From the NCBI RefSeq assembly GCF_006345805.1, contig NW_021834310.1:40595-104594 (forward strand): a DNA stretch of 64,000 bases, given 5' to 3'. Origin of the DNA: Octopus sinensis (Eukaryota). The notes under the pieces are model-generated. The model saw only the letters and a program-made list of their open reading frames with translations, had not been told where the DNA came from and made no database searches. The position numbers and the translations under genes were made by a program. Below, piece after piece: positions 50,640 to 62,815 of the stretch. How positions within the stretch are numbered: the first letter of the stretch is position 1; each line of letters begins with the position of its first letter.

Positions 50640-51920
50640 TCCAATTCAAGAGGAATATATTAGCAGAATTATAAATGTATATGCGCCACAATGTGGAAGA
50701 GTGGCAAAAAACCCTACCGAACTGGATGAATTCTACTCAGCATTATTAAAAACGTGCAAAGAATATGGCCGTCATCACTTATATTCATTACCTTCGATTT
50801 AAATGTGAAAATCGGAATAAAAAAGAACTTAAAAGATATCTTCATGGAAAGACACTGAGCTGCCTGCGACCATACTTGGCTGTGTCTGCACAGCAAAAAA
50901 CTGGAAAAATTACTTGATTATACAAACAAATGGATTATATTATATGCTTGATTAATGAAAAACCATATCTCATAAACCCACGCTCATATGAAGGTGTAAC
51001 AACTGACAGCGATCACAGAATGGTTATTGTCACCTTCAGAATGAGAAACATGATGTCAAACATACGAAACATGACCATATTATTGAGAACACAGAAAATG
51101 GATACGCAAAGGAAAAATTGATTTTCATCAAGATACAGAAAAAAAATTATAAAAATACATCTGCTCCCATCTGAAAGACCGAACAATAGAGATTTCGTGG
51201 GATAGCACAAAGCACGTAATAAAGGAAGCAGCAAACCTGTGCCTAGGCACGCGGGAGACAACCAGTACAGATTGAACGGTACATACAGAACTAGCAAACA
51301 AGTCAAAAGAAATCCATATAAGGAAACTAAACGAAAAAGAGTAGAATAAAAAGAAAGCCCTTTAGGGGCAGAGGGACCAAATCCGAAAAAAATCAGGAGA
51401 CTGAACAATACACTCCATCAAGAAGATCTGCTCCGGAAAATCTATGAACTATTTAAACTAAAAGATAATTTTCAAATGTATATGGCCGCTCGTTTCAAAT
51501 GTGTCAAGGATAAAAATGGCAAGACAGTGCTGAATGCTGAAGAGCAAGCGGAGGTAATTGCAACACATTTTGAGAAATAAGTTTATTTTATTCAAATAGA
51601 CTAAGTCAGTTTAGGTCTGAAACTACCAATGGTCGAGAAGAAGTTGACCCTTAGGAAAAAACTTTTCAGAATGACTAAAATATGGCCAAAAAATATCCAC
51701 ATTTAATCAGCAATGCTAAGAAAATGACTTTCTCGAATGAACAAACATGAGGATAGCCCTTTAGAACACAGATGGACGCAAATTCCGATTTGGCTATTTT
51801 TCATCCACAAGAGATCCTGTGAAAGTCAAAGAGACAACAGTAACCCAATCAACAGAATAAAGCTGGAAAGCATGTTCAAGGCTGCTAGTTGCATAACCCA
51901 AACCGGGACTGTAAATGTCT
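50640..51920 (+). mobile_element. RTE-like relic, copy 2
   Basis: Duplicate of 29830-31110. Confidence 0.75.
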
Positions 51921-53342
51921 CAACTCTTATTTTAAAAGGATTTTAAAAAATCAAGTTATATAATCACTTGTCGAATTATAACTTATATATTTTCTAAAAT
52001 ATTAATTTTTTGAAATAAAAAAAAATATCGAATTACCCTCAAGGTACTTTTGTAGAATTTTTTTAAATAGAATATTTTACAGATTTTAATAACTATATCT
52101 TTGGTGAGAGATTGAATGAACATGGTAATAAAATAATTTGACAAAAATGCTTTAAAATCGAGAAAAATAAAAATTATACTTAATTTTTTTGCCACAATTC
52201 CGTATAAAATCGTCGAGCAATTTTGAGTGCCATTTTATTAGATACTATGTGATTACTAGGGCAACAGGAAAGTTGCTTTAAAAATGTAAAAAATTGACCT
52301 TAAAAGTCAACTAAATTGCTTTAAAAAATAAGAAAAAGTTGACAGAATATGCATAAAAAGTTGCCCTAAGAAACAGAAATTTATTTATTAAAGCACAACA
52401 TTAAATAATATTTAACATTTTCAGGTAGGAAATTTCTATCCTTGGTTAAAATTTTGTGAAGAATAGAAAATGATCCTCCTACTTCACACGATGTTGCCGG
52501 GCAATCCAATAATAATGCGTGGTGAAATGGAGTAATTGGTAGCTTAGATAACTCTATTATTTCGAAAATGTCGTTTCTTGAAATTCGTAAGCTTATGTAG
52601 TCTCGAATTTTGCAGGAATCTTCTTTAAAATCAACATTTTCAAAAAATGATACGCTCTTAAATAGTGAATTTATTAGATTCAATTTTCATTAAAATATCT
52701 GTTAATAAATGATATTCCCGGCTTATGTCTTCTAAATTCGTATGAAGAAATTCATTCATAACGGATTCCTTTGCTCTTTGTATCAATAAAGATTCCTCTT
52801 CTATACCATTACAAGTATTAATGATTTGTGTTAAATTTTTTGCATAATAGTCAGCAGCATTTAACCAACTGCCCCATCTAGTTACAATGAGCTCGGGTGG
52901 ATATCCAATTTCTGTAAATAATTGACGTCGTGAATTATTTTTGACAACAAGTGCTTTGACGCACGATATTAATTTATCTATCACTGGATAATGTGATTTA
53001 ATTCTGAAGGCACAATTATGTAATAAATGCGCCACACAAGTGACATGAAATAGATTTGAATATAATTGCTTTAATATTTTTCCAGAAGAAACCATATATG
53101 AAGCAGCATCAGAAATAAGTAAATAAAAATTTTTCTTATCAACACTGAGTTTGCGAATGACGTCATCAATAATTTGACATATAATCGCGGAATTGGGAGC
53201 TGTATTAATTGCAATACAATCAATTAAAAAATATTCGGATCACATTAAACAAACGCCCCCAAATTTACACATATTAAACAAACGCCCCTAAATTTATACA
53301 TGTCAAACATTCGACGAAAACATTAAAATAATGTAAAACTAA

Positions 53343-56300
53343 TAAAGACTAATTATTTATCAATTGAACTAATTAATGCGTCCTCTTACTCGATTCTCCT
53401 CCTCTTCGAGCTAAAGCCAATCTCTTCGATGGGCACACTCATCCATCTCACAGGGTTGGCCTCTTCTGTGGACGTTCTCAAGTTCGACTCAATGGCCTCA
53501 CTTGGCAGAGTCTCTTCCGTTGTTCCATTTGTAAAACGAGTCGTTTGGCATTCTTCTGGCGGGATCATTCCAAATTTGTGTTCTACACGCATACTCTCCA
53601 ATGTTTTTCTGATAACCACCGACTGAATGTAAGCTCGTGTAAGTTCTTCCAAACCAATAGTATCGCAGTGATGTTTATAGTATTTACTCACAACACCATC
53701 CCACGTTAGTACCAATGGTACTATGGTTACCTTGGCTTTGTGGATTAATCCCAGTTCACTGGCAAGCAGGTCGTACTTGTGGAGCTTTTCCACTTCGACT
53801 TGCTTCAATTTTTTTTGAGAGGTGATTCCAATCTCTATAAGCATGATTGTGTTCCTCATTTTATCAAGTACAAAGATATCCGGCTTGTTATTCTCAACCT
53901 TCGTATCCGTATTAATTGTGGTGTCAACACGAATCTCCACAGAGTTATTTGCAACCACTGATTGAACAGAGTGGGTTTTCAATTTCTTAGATTTCTTGAT
54001 TCCATACTCCTTGCATAGATGTAGATGTACACATTTCACTACTTCGTTGTGTCGTCGTAAGTAGTCACTATTCAGCATTCGACCACACCTCGTTGCCAAG
54101 TGGTCAACAGTCTTTTTGGAAGAGTTACAGTGACTGCAAATTGCCCCAACATTGTCGAAAAATAGATTACGGTCCTGTATAAAGCATAGCAAAGCCTCGG
54201 ATCTTGGTGAGTTATTTCCATGTGATAACCAATGAGAAGATTCTGCAACGTCGACATTGGAATCATTCAAACAATCAAAGAGAATTGCATGTAATGGTTT
54301 TTTCATTATTTGCTCAATTAAGCTGTTCTTCTGCAATTCTCTCAGCATGTTCAAATCAAGGCTTCCAATATCTTGGATGTTGTATTTGCGCTTGAGGTAT
54401 TCAGCAATTGTGGCCAAATGTGTTCTCTTTGAATTGATGACTCGCAGAATCCCTCCTTTTCTTATGCAGTAACGAGATTTTTTTTCAAGATCACGAAGGA
54501 ATTGAAATAGTATCCGTTCACTTTTATGAGTAATGGATACAAGTCCTCTTCCAAATTGATCTCTTGGAAAGTAAAGCCTTTCCTTGTTTGCAGGCTTCAA
54601 ATGAATTCGATGATGTACAAGGATGCTGCGTACATTTTTGTCAATTTGTTCAAACTCTAGTGGCTCAATGTCGACAAGCCCAATATAATAGTTATAGAGG
54701 GATAATGCGTGTTCATTTATGGCTTTAAATAATCTACACGAGTTTAGTTTGGTCTTCGAAAGATTGTCGATCCTCTTTTTTAGTTCCCCAAAGAGTGCCT
54801 TCAATACTTCGCTTTTCAATACATCGCTTCTTCTATCTTCTAGCACTCCAAGGTATCTGTAACCTTCCATCCCATCAAGCAATTTAGCTTCAGACCCAAG
54901 GTCTGCCAGATTAGTTGCAGACTTTTCGACATTTTTTTCCAGTCCGGCAGCTTCGAAGAAATTGTTTACCTCATTCATCATATTCATCATTGTATCTTCT
55001 TTTTGTGAAAATATTTTTAGATCATCCATAAACAGTAAGTGATTTGTTGTATATGTAATACAACCCTGATCTTGGTTATCAATCATCACTTTTGGGTACT
55101 TAGCATTCAGAATTCTACTAAGAGGATCCATCACCAGGGCAAAGATTTGAGGTGACAAGGAATCACCCTGGAGTATGCCTCTTTCCAATTTTACCTCTCC
55201 GATTTCATTATGATTCAGAATTAGCTTTATTCTCCACTTCGTTACAAGGTTCTTCACAAAATTCACAATCCAGCTAGGGAGTCCAGAGTTTTCAAGCACC
55301 TGGAACAGAAAGTCGTGATCTACCGAATCGAACGCTTTCTTTACGTCAATCCAGGTAGAAAACAAATTATTTCCGTTTTGCTTGTGAATGCACCGGTTAA
55401 GAATTGCTTGTTTCTTTGCCCCTTGACACATTCGCCGAGTTCCCAATTGATTATCGGCAATCAGATTATATGCCTCAATATAATCTCCCAACTTCCTGTT
55501 AACACATTTCGTTGCAAGCTTATATAGGTTAGACATACAAGTAATTGGTCTCAAATCTTCGGGTCCTTGACAAATATCTTTCTTTGGGATGAGATATGTG
55601 ATTCCAGTGTAGAACCACTCATCCGGTATGTATTCACCATGGATTATCTTGACTAGTTCTTCACACAAGTGATCATGGATTAAGGTCATTCTTTTTAGAA
55701 AGAAATTATACACCCCATCACAACCGCTAGCTCTCCAGTTTGGGAGTTGTTTAATTGTTTCAAGGATGCTTTCTTTACTAAACTCTGCAAATGTATCCTC
55801 TGCCCATGTCACTCTCTTGTTAATGTGTAACACATTATCGCTCTTCTCATTTCTACTCCATATTTTTTCCCAATATGTTAAACATTCACTGTTATTAAAC
55901 ATGAACTCTGCACTCTTTCTCTCATCATTTAAACTGCGATAGAAACACCGCCGATTCAATTCAAAAAACCAATTCTGTTTCCGAAATTCTTTTCTTGCAT
56001 CATGGAGTCGAAGTTTCTTCTCAACAATCTTTATTTCGTCTCCAATGCAAGCAGAAATTCTTCCAAGTTCTCCTTTCTTTGCCTTTCGATATCCATATTC
56101 ACTCAGCGTATCCCTCGTTGCATTATCAAACTTCAAGCTTCCTTTTTGATCAATAAGTGTATTAGTCTGTTCGTATTGTTCTTTAAGTTTAATTAGTTTT
56201 GCTTCCATTATTCCTTTCCAGTTGTTATTCTTAGGAGAGTATTTTGTGAGAGATTGGTATGTCAGCTGTGCAGCATAAACGATATCGGTGATATCATTCA

Positions 56301-56929
56301 AATTGACAGGAGGGTTGGTCTTTATATATTCATTAATCACTGCATTTATTCCAGACAATATTTCTATTTTAAGTAGTTGATATGGGACTTTTTTGGTCGG
56401 CTTTCGTTTTTTTCGAGAGATAGATTTTACTTGCTCTATTTGGTAAGAAAATTCAATTGAGCAATCTCTAAAATTAGAGATTTCAGTCTTGTGATTCTTT
56501 TCTTGATCCATTTGAGAGTTAGACTTTGTTCCCGTCATCTTAGCCAGACTCTTCACATTCGCCACAGATTTGGACGTGAGGAACTTTTCGTTAAAAGCCT
56601 GAGTAATCATAGGCCATCCACCACGTGGTATTCTTTTGAATCTTGCTCGAGAAACGTTAACCACTTCATTCGCCCATTTGATCATGTCCACCTGCGTTAC
56701 TTGATCGATGATAGCCCGTAGAGTTAACAGATTAGCAGGACAATCCGGTTGCGACACCGAATTTGGAGGGGGAATATCAGATTCTTGCGTTCCAAGCTGC
56801 CCACGGACCACACGATCTACGTTATTATTGGTTTCTCTTTCATTATCTTCCGTAGATAGGTCCATTGGAAATGTTTCATTAGACCCAGTAGAAACAAACA
56901 TGCACGTAACAACAAGAATTAATACTCGT
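53343..56929 (-). mobile_element. Apparently full-length R4/Dong-like non-LTR retrotransposon, 12 bp TSD ATGTAAAACTAA
   Basis: TSD at 53331-53342 and 56930-56941. Confidence 0.92.
53386..56901 (-). CDS. RT-zinc knuckle-REL polyprotein, 1171 aa, uninterrupted
   Basis: LRPITC, WIDVKKAFDS, GILQGDSLSP, FMDD, CSHC...DHLATRC and NKPDI...IEIGIT. Confidence 0.95.
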   Translation of the reverse strand: MFVSTGSNETFPMDLSTEDNERETNNNVDRVVRGQLGTQESDIPPPNSVSQPDCPANLLTLRAIIDQVTQVDMIKWANEVVNVSRARFKRIPRGGWPMITQAFNEKFLTSKSVANVKSLAKMTGTKSNSQMDQEKNHKTEISNFRDCSIEFSYQIEQVKSISRKKRKPTKKVPYQLLKIEILSGINAVINEYIKTNPPVNLNDITDIVYAAQLTYQSLTKYSPKNNNWKGIMEAKLIKLKEQYEQTNTLIDQKGSLKFDNATRDTLSEYGYRKAKKGELGRISACIGDEIKIVEKKLRLHDARKEFRKQNWFFELNRRCFYRSLNDERKSAEFMFNNSECLTYWEKIWSRNEKSDNVLHINKRVTWAEDTFAEFSKESILETIKQLPNWRASGCDGVYNFFLKRMTLIHDHLCEELVKIIHGEYIPDEWFYTGITYLIPKKDICQGPEDLRPITCMSNLYKLATKCVNRKLGDYIEAYNLIADNQLGTRRMCQGAKKQAILNRCIHKQNGNNLFSTWIDVKKAFDSVDHDFLFQVLENSGLPSWIVNFVKNLVTKWRIKLILNHNEIGEVKLERGILQGDSLSPQIFALVMDPLSRILNAKYPKVMIDNQDQGCITYTTNHLLFMDDLKIFSQKEDTMMNMMNEVNNFFEAAGLEKNVEKSATNLADLGSEAKLLDGMEGYRYLGVLEDRRSDVLKSEVLKALFGELKKRIDNLSKTKLNSCRLFKAINEHALSLYNYYIGLVDIEPLEFEQIDKNVRSILVHHRIHLKPANKERLYFPRDQFGRGLVSITHKSERILFQFLRDLEKKSRYCIRKGGILRVINSKRTHLATIAEYLKRKYNIQDIGSLDLNMLRELQKNSLIEQIMKKPLHAILFDCLNDSNVDVAESSHWLSHGNNSPRSEALLCFIQDRNLFFDNVGAICSHCNSSKKTVDHLATRCGRMLNSDYLRRHNEVVKCVHLHLCKEYGIKKSKKLKTHSVQSVVANNSVEIRVDTTINTDTKVENNKPDIFVLDKMRNTIMLIEIGITSQKKLKQVEVEKLHKYDLLASELGLIHKAKVTIVPLVLTWDGVVSKYYKHHCDTIGLEELTRAYIQSVVIRKTLESMRVEHKFGMIPPEECQTTRFTNGTTEETLPSEAIESNLRTSTEEANPVRWMSVPIEEIGFSSKRRRIE

Positions 56930-57925
56930 ATGTAAAACTAAAAATCAAATTTATAAATAAATACTATACTTTAGAAACAAGTTTATTGAACAACATAATA
57001 ATTTTTCAAAAGCTCCATTAACTTTTCAAAAGGATCACCAATTACGTTGTCACGCCACATAAATTCGTATAGGTAGTCTTGTAAAAATTCTTTTTTGATT
57101 TTTACAAGAAACAGTCATTTTCCGTACAAGGAGTTATCCAAAGAATACGTCTTAAAGAAATAAGATTCCCAGTTTCTCGTATTATTTCTTACATGGAATG
57201 TGGCAGAGGCAGACACTTGGAATCGAACCCAGGACCCTCCATTCATCACTATGGATAATTGATCCTGGCAGAATTACTTCACAGATAATTGGTTTTAAAG
57301 TGGCCGCTGATCGATTTGGAACCACTCGCATAAAACCTCTTGCCGGTGAAAATGAGGTATCAACAATACCGAATACCCACACTTGAGAATTAGCAAGTCT
57401 ACCCCGATGGTACTTTTGTTTATGACAAAAGAGACTTTCATCGATTTGGCAGACTACATTTTCTCCACCCAATTTTACGGGGTTACTTTCAAAGTGTCTG
57501 TTAATACATTTTCTAATGGTTTTAAAAATTTCTATAAGTGTTGGAGATGATACAGTCAGTGGTTTTTTAATCATAACAATTGATTCTTCATTGCTCCACC
57601 TATACAAAATATCTAACCATGTTTGGAATTATACTCGAAGTAGCCAAAACAGAACCTGTTCGTATTGACAATGTGGTCTTGTATTTTAAACAGTTTTAAT
57701 TCTGACATTTCCAGGTATATTGGTCAGATAAGGTACACTTGAAAACCCAAACCATTTCTTTCTACAGTAAACACAAATCATTTTTGATTTCATTAGTCCT
57801 TTTGCCTAAAAAATGATATTTTCCCGATTGTATCACTTCCTAAAAGTTTTCTTAAAGTTGTTTCGTATGTACTACCTACATAAAACATGGGAAAATTATA
57901 TATAATTTTTTATAACATCAATATA

Positions 57926-59268
57926 ACACATATTAAACAAACGCCCTAACTTCACACATATTAAATAAACGCCCCTAACTTCACACATATTAAATAAACG
58001 CCCCTAACTTTACACATATTAAATAAACGCCCCTAACTTCACACATATTAAATAAACGCCCCTAACTTTACACATATTAAATAAACGCCCTAACTTCACA
58101 CATATTAAATAAACGCCCCTAACTTTACACATATTAAATAAACGCCCCTAACTTACACATATTAAATAAACGCCCTAACTTCACACATATTAAATAAACG
58201 CCCCTAACTTTACACATATTAAATAAACGCCCCTAACTTTACATATATTAAATAAACGCCCCTAACTTCACACATATTAAATAAACGCCCCTAACTTTAC
58301 ACATATTAAATAAACGCCCTAACTTCACACATATTAAATAAACGCCCCTAACTTTACACATATTAAATAAACGCCCCTAACTTTACACATATTAAATAAA
58401 CGCCCCTAACTTTACACATATTAAATAAACGCCCTAACTTCACACATATTAAATAAACGCCCCTAACTTTACACATATTAAATAAACGCCCCTAACTTTA
58501 CACATATTAAATTAACGCCCCTAACTTTACACATATTAAATAAACGCCCCTAACTTCACACATATTAAATAAACGTCCTAACTTCACACATATTAAATAA
58601 ACGCCCCTAACTTTACACATATTAAATAAACGCCCTAACTTCACACATATTAAATAAACGCCCCTAACTTCACACATATTAAATAAACGCCCCTAACTTT
58701 ACACATATTAAATAAACGCCCTAACTTCACACATATTAAATAAACGCCCCTAACTTCACACATATTAAATAAACGCCCCTAACTTTACACATATTAAATA
58801 AACGCCCTAACTTCACACATATTAAATAAACGCCCCTAACTTTACACATATTAAATAAACGCCCCTAACTTTACACATATTAAATAAACGCCCCTAACTT
58901 CACACATATTAAATAAACGCCCTAACTTCACACATATTAAATAAACGCCCCTAACTTTACACATATTAAATAAACGTCCTAACTTCACACATATTAAATA
59001 AACGCCCCTAACTTTACACATATTAAATAAACGCCCTAACTTCACACATATTAAATAAACGCCCCTAACTTTACACATATTAAATAAACGCCCCTAACTT
59101 TACACATATTAAATAAACGCCCCTAACTTTACACATATTAAATAAACGCCCTAACTTCACACATATTAAATAAACGCCCCTAACTTTACACATATTAAAT
59201 TAACGCCCCTAACTTTACACATATTAAATAAACGCCCCTAACTTTACACATATTAAACAAACGCCCCT
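57926..59268 (+). repeat. 30-31 bp minisatellite (about 43 units) ACACATATTAAATAAACGCCCCTAACTT(T/C) in the Merlin subterminal region
   Basis: Direct reading of the sequence. The unit shares AAACGCCCC with the TIR. Confidence 0.97.
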
Positions 59269-59647
59269 GGGGGCGTTTGTTTTATGTGATCCAAATATTC
59301 TTGTGGATTTTTTAACGTTCCAACAAGACAATTAGTATACTTCTCTTTTCCAAAATCACTTTCGTCAATCATTAAAACAATTTGTTCACTTGAAACTGTG
59401 TTAATAATTTGTGAAACCATCTTTTCACCAAGAATTGTAACAATGTCTCTGCATTTGGTTTCCGAAGGAACAGAATGTCCATATTTATTAAAAAATCAAT
59501 AATTGATGTATTTCGTAACTTTGAAGTGGAATATTTGCTGATATAAAAAGCATTGGCAAGATCCACTTTGGAACTCCTGTTTAAAGGCATTGTAAAAAAG
59601 CAGTCAACAAAAACCGAAGAAACGTGCACTATGAAATTATATTAATA

Positions 59648-61510
59648 CTAGCTCGGCAGCTCGCTTCGCTCACCGCGACCTAGCTCCTGCGGAGGGCCTG
59701 TTTCATCAAACAACTATAAGTTTATGTAGTATAAAACTACCTGGTTTAATGTAACCCTATTCTATCGCCTGTTGATAAACGATGTTTGTCGTCCGTCCTT
59801 CCTTGGCATATTGAATAAATTTTCTCTTCTGCCTACCCTCGAGCATCCCACATACAGCTGTCCATGTGAAAAGCACTCACTCTCTAAAAATAACCCAACT
59901 ACCTTTAATGACTGTCCCTGGGCCTTGTTTATTGTCATTGCACACTTTTTTTTTCATTTTTTGTGGTTTTTTTTTTTTTATATTTAATTTTTCATTTTTC
60001 CTTTGTAATTTCCTTTTTTTTTTCTTTTTTTGTTTTTTACTGGCGGAAATGGGGCAGGGGGAGATGCGGCAGGCGGAAATGCGGCAGGCAAGAAAGCGAC
60101 ACACAAAAAAGCGACACACAAAAAATTTAATTAATTACCTTATTAAGCTGACCGTTTTTTCTTCAGCTTCGTTTTTTCCTCCTTCGGTTATCTATTTAAA
60201 AAAATTATTTTTGAATAATAAAAAGTTTAGGAAAAGAGGCATACCGAAAATAAATCTATCTTTACGAAAACTCAAGTAAATAGTTAATATTTTTACGCAA
60301 ATTCTTCTGATTGCGCGTCAATTGGTGGTAAATTGTGTTAATGGTGTGCTAATGTGGTTTCAACTATCAAAGTTTTTTTCAAAATCTGTTAATTGCACAC
60401 TCTATTCAAGGTCGTGCGTCAATTGGTGGTAAATTGTGTTAATGATTGTGCTAATGTGGTTTCAACTATCAAAGTGGTTTTTCAAATCTGTTTAATTGCA
60501 CACTCTATTCAAAGTCGTGCAATCTGTGATTGCACATTCTGTCAAAGTCAAATATGATAATAGCTTTAATTTTGATTCATGGTCGATAATGATATATGCA
60601 TTAATAATTTAAAGAGAAAAACATAGGATGAATTGAATTTCTTTTATCGCGAATAATTGGGTTCACATCATTGTTAATATTCTCGCTGTCGTTTTCATCA
60701 AGATATTCTTAATACGTGAGATTTTTGCCTTGAAGGTTTTAAGGACTTCATCATGTAAGTCGAGGACATTGTAGTTGTTCATTTTAACCAAAATGCAGAA
60801 AATTTTTTTTTAATTTTTTTTGGGGGGAAGGTTTTAAAGGACTTCATCATGTAAGTCGAGGACATTGTAGTTGTTCATTTTAACCAAAATGCAGAAAATT
60901 TTTTTTTATTTTTTTGGGGGGAAGGTTTTAAGGACTTCATCATGTAAGTCGAGGACATTGTAGTTGTTCATTTTAACCAAAATGCAGAAAATTTTTTTTA
61001 ATTTTTTTGGGGGGGAGGTTTTTAAGGACTTCATCATGTAAGTCGAGGACATTGTAGTTGTTCATTTTAACCAAAATGCAGAAAATTTTTTTTTAATTTT
61101 TTTTGGGGGAAGGTTTTTAGGACTTCATCATGTAAGTCGAGGACATTGTAGTTGTTCATTTTAACCAAAATGCAGAAAATTTTTTTTTAATTTTTTTTTG
61201 GGGGGGAAGGTTTTAAGGACTTCATCATGTAAGTCGAGGACATTGTAGTTGTTTCATTTTAACCAAAATGCAGAAATTTTTTTTTTTAATTTGTTGGGGG
61301 GGAAGGTTTTAAGGACTTCATCATGTAAGTCGAGGACATTGTAGTTGTTCATTTTAACCAAAATGCAGAAAATTTTTTTTTAATTTTTTTGGGGGGGAAG
61401 TTTTTAAGGACCTCATCATGTAAGTCGAGGACATCGTATTGCCAATTTGAAGTTGGTGTGCACACACAGACAGACAGACAGACACACACCATACCATTTT
61501 ATTATTAAGA
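59648..61510 (-). mobile_element. Non-autonomous Helitron, copy 2
   Basis: TC and CTAG termini at an AT site, with an empty site near 36974. PIF1-like helicase motifs [12 protein letters not shown]...[13 protein letters not shown] at about 59760-59941. Confidence 0.93.
60720..61437 (-). repeat. About 94 bp tandem array (about 8 units) inside Helitron copy 2
   Basis: Reverse complement of the 41768-42560 unit, with diagnostic substitutions. Confidence 0.95.
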
Positions 61511-61532
61511 TTAAAAAAATATTAAAAAAATG

Positions 61533-61721
61533 TCAAAAAAATGTAGTAATATATCCAACGTTGCAGCCAATGTCCAATATATTTTTGTCTTTAAACCACT
61601 CACATTTCATAAATGATAGTCTCGGATCTTCATTATTCTGAATTCTGTATCCATAATAACGATCGTAATTCCCATATGGAAAATATTTTTTCTTTGTTTT
61701 TTTCTTATTAATATTAGTCAT
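61533..61721 (-). pseudogene. MEPCE: Bin3/MePCE 5' fragment, copy 2
   Basis: Same motifs as copy 1. Confidence 0.8.
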
Positions 61722-62710
61722 TTTTACGTTTAAAATTACAACAAAATTGAATGCCACACTACCTTCATAATTATATTTTTTTGAGAAATAAAATAGTGTA
61801 AAATATAAAGTAAATGGATTAATAATTAACAAAAATAGAAATAATATTAGTCTGGTCAAATAATTTTATTTATGGAAATAAAATTTTTTACTTGTAAAAA
61901 GCTGAGGAGTACCGGAGTGCACATAATGTAATGAATTTTTTCAAGTATGAAAGAAAACTGAATTTTCGCTAAAAGGAATTCCAGAAAAGATTCAATAATT
62001 TCTCATCTTTTTAACGGGAATTTTCATTATTCACAGCACCATTCGCTTTCAATGCTTAAATGGAGATAAAAGATTACAAATGAATTTTTTAGAAATTCAA
62101 TCGTATTCTATACTAAATGCAAAATATTTGGAGGTTGGAATATCTTATTTCTTTACGCTTCTTTCTTAAAAGTTTAAACTTTAAAAAATTTTCTACCAAA
62201 ATAATTTCTATGTTGGGTTTGAAAAATGTTTGTAAACAACTTTTTTTATTTATAAAATTAACAAAAACTGTTCATAGAATACAGCTTACAAATGAAAATT
62301 TATCGGCTTTAATTAAATATCAATTCAGAAGTAGTTTCAAGCACGATTAAAAGATGATTAGATTTTCTTATTTTTGTTTTTACTATAAATTCGCGGCCTT
62401 TAAACGAAATTGATTTGACATCCTTAGTTTAAATGCTAGGATAGTTAAAACATGAGTTTCTAATAAATGTTTTAAAATTAACTTTTTGTTAATTTTATAT
62501 AAAATACAAGATATTAATTGGTTTGTTAAGTTTTACTGACAAATTTAAAATTATTGATTAATTCTGAATTTTCCCATTTCCAAAATCTGCCGTCAATTTG
62601 ACGGGAACTAAAATGGCAAATTTGAGAGATTTACTGTATATAGATAATCTGCAATGGTAGCAAGTCCAATCCTAAAAGGATTGTTTGCACCTGAAAAAAA
62701 TAGTCTATAG

Positions 62711-62815
62711 CGGGGTGTCAAAGATACGGCCCGCGGTAAAAGTTTAAAAGTGTATTTAAAACTAAAATTATTATTTAACATCAAATAAAAATACAAGAAT
62801 CTAGATTCTAGAATA
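62711..62815 (+). mobile_element. SPIN-type hAT left end, copy 2
   Basis: Matches the sequence from 38582 onward. Confidence 0.85.

Larger units (their letters stand above)
53237..59292 (-). mobile_element. Merlin (IS1595/ISXO2-related) DNA transposon, 25 bp TIR, 8 bp TSD AAATATTC
   Basis: TIRs GGATCACATTAAACAAACGCCCCCA and its inverse (24/25 match). TSD at 53229-53236 and 59293-59300. QIDES...WVFG...IIHSDEWR at 57182-57607, with a degenerate Zn-ribbon N-terminus reaching about 57887. Confidence 0.93.
52257..59610 (-). mobile_element. hAT family B (CGGBP-like), interrupted by Merlin; 5' end missing
   Basis: TIR TAGGGCAAC at 52257. ORFs 52381-52683 and 52658-53095. Sequence resumes at 59293. 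Confidence 0.85.

Noticed and set aside
52257-52368. 112 bp MITE bounded by TAGGGCAAC...GTTGCCCTA
   Set aside because: There is no TSD. The inner motif is better explained as a subterminal repeat of hAT-B.
46174-56901. Retron, DGR or group II intron RT system
   Set aside because: Both RTs have a C-terminal zinc knuckle and REL domain typical of non-LTR retrotransposons. No ncRNA or template/variable repeat pair was seen.
57182-57607. Bacterial IS1595/ISXO2 insertion or contamination
   Set aside because: It is nested among eukaryotic elements, and its GG termini, 8 bp TSD and subterminal repeats fit eukaryotic Merlin.
58851-59078. Repetitive ORF, also 41960-42226 and 59866-60279
   Set aside because: These are translations of tandem or low-complexity repeats.
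57926-59268. CRISPR array or telomere (each unit contains CCCTAA)
   Set aside because: There are no unique spacers and no cas genes. CCCTAA occurs once per 31 bp unit rather than in tandem, and the array is inside Merlin TIRs.
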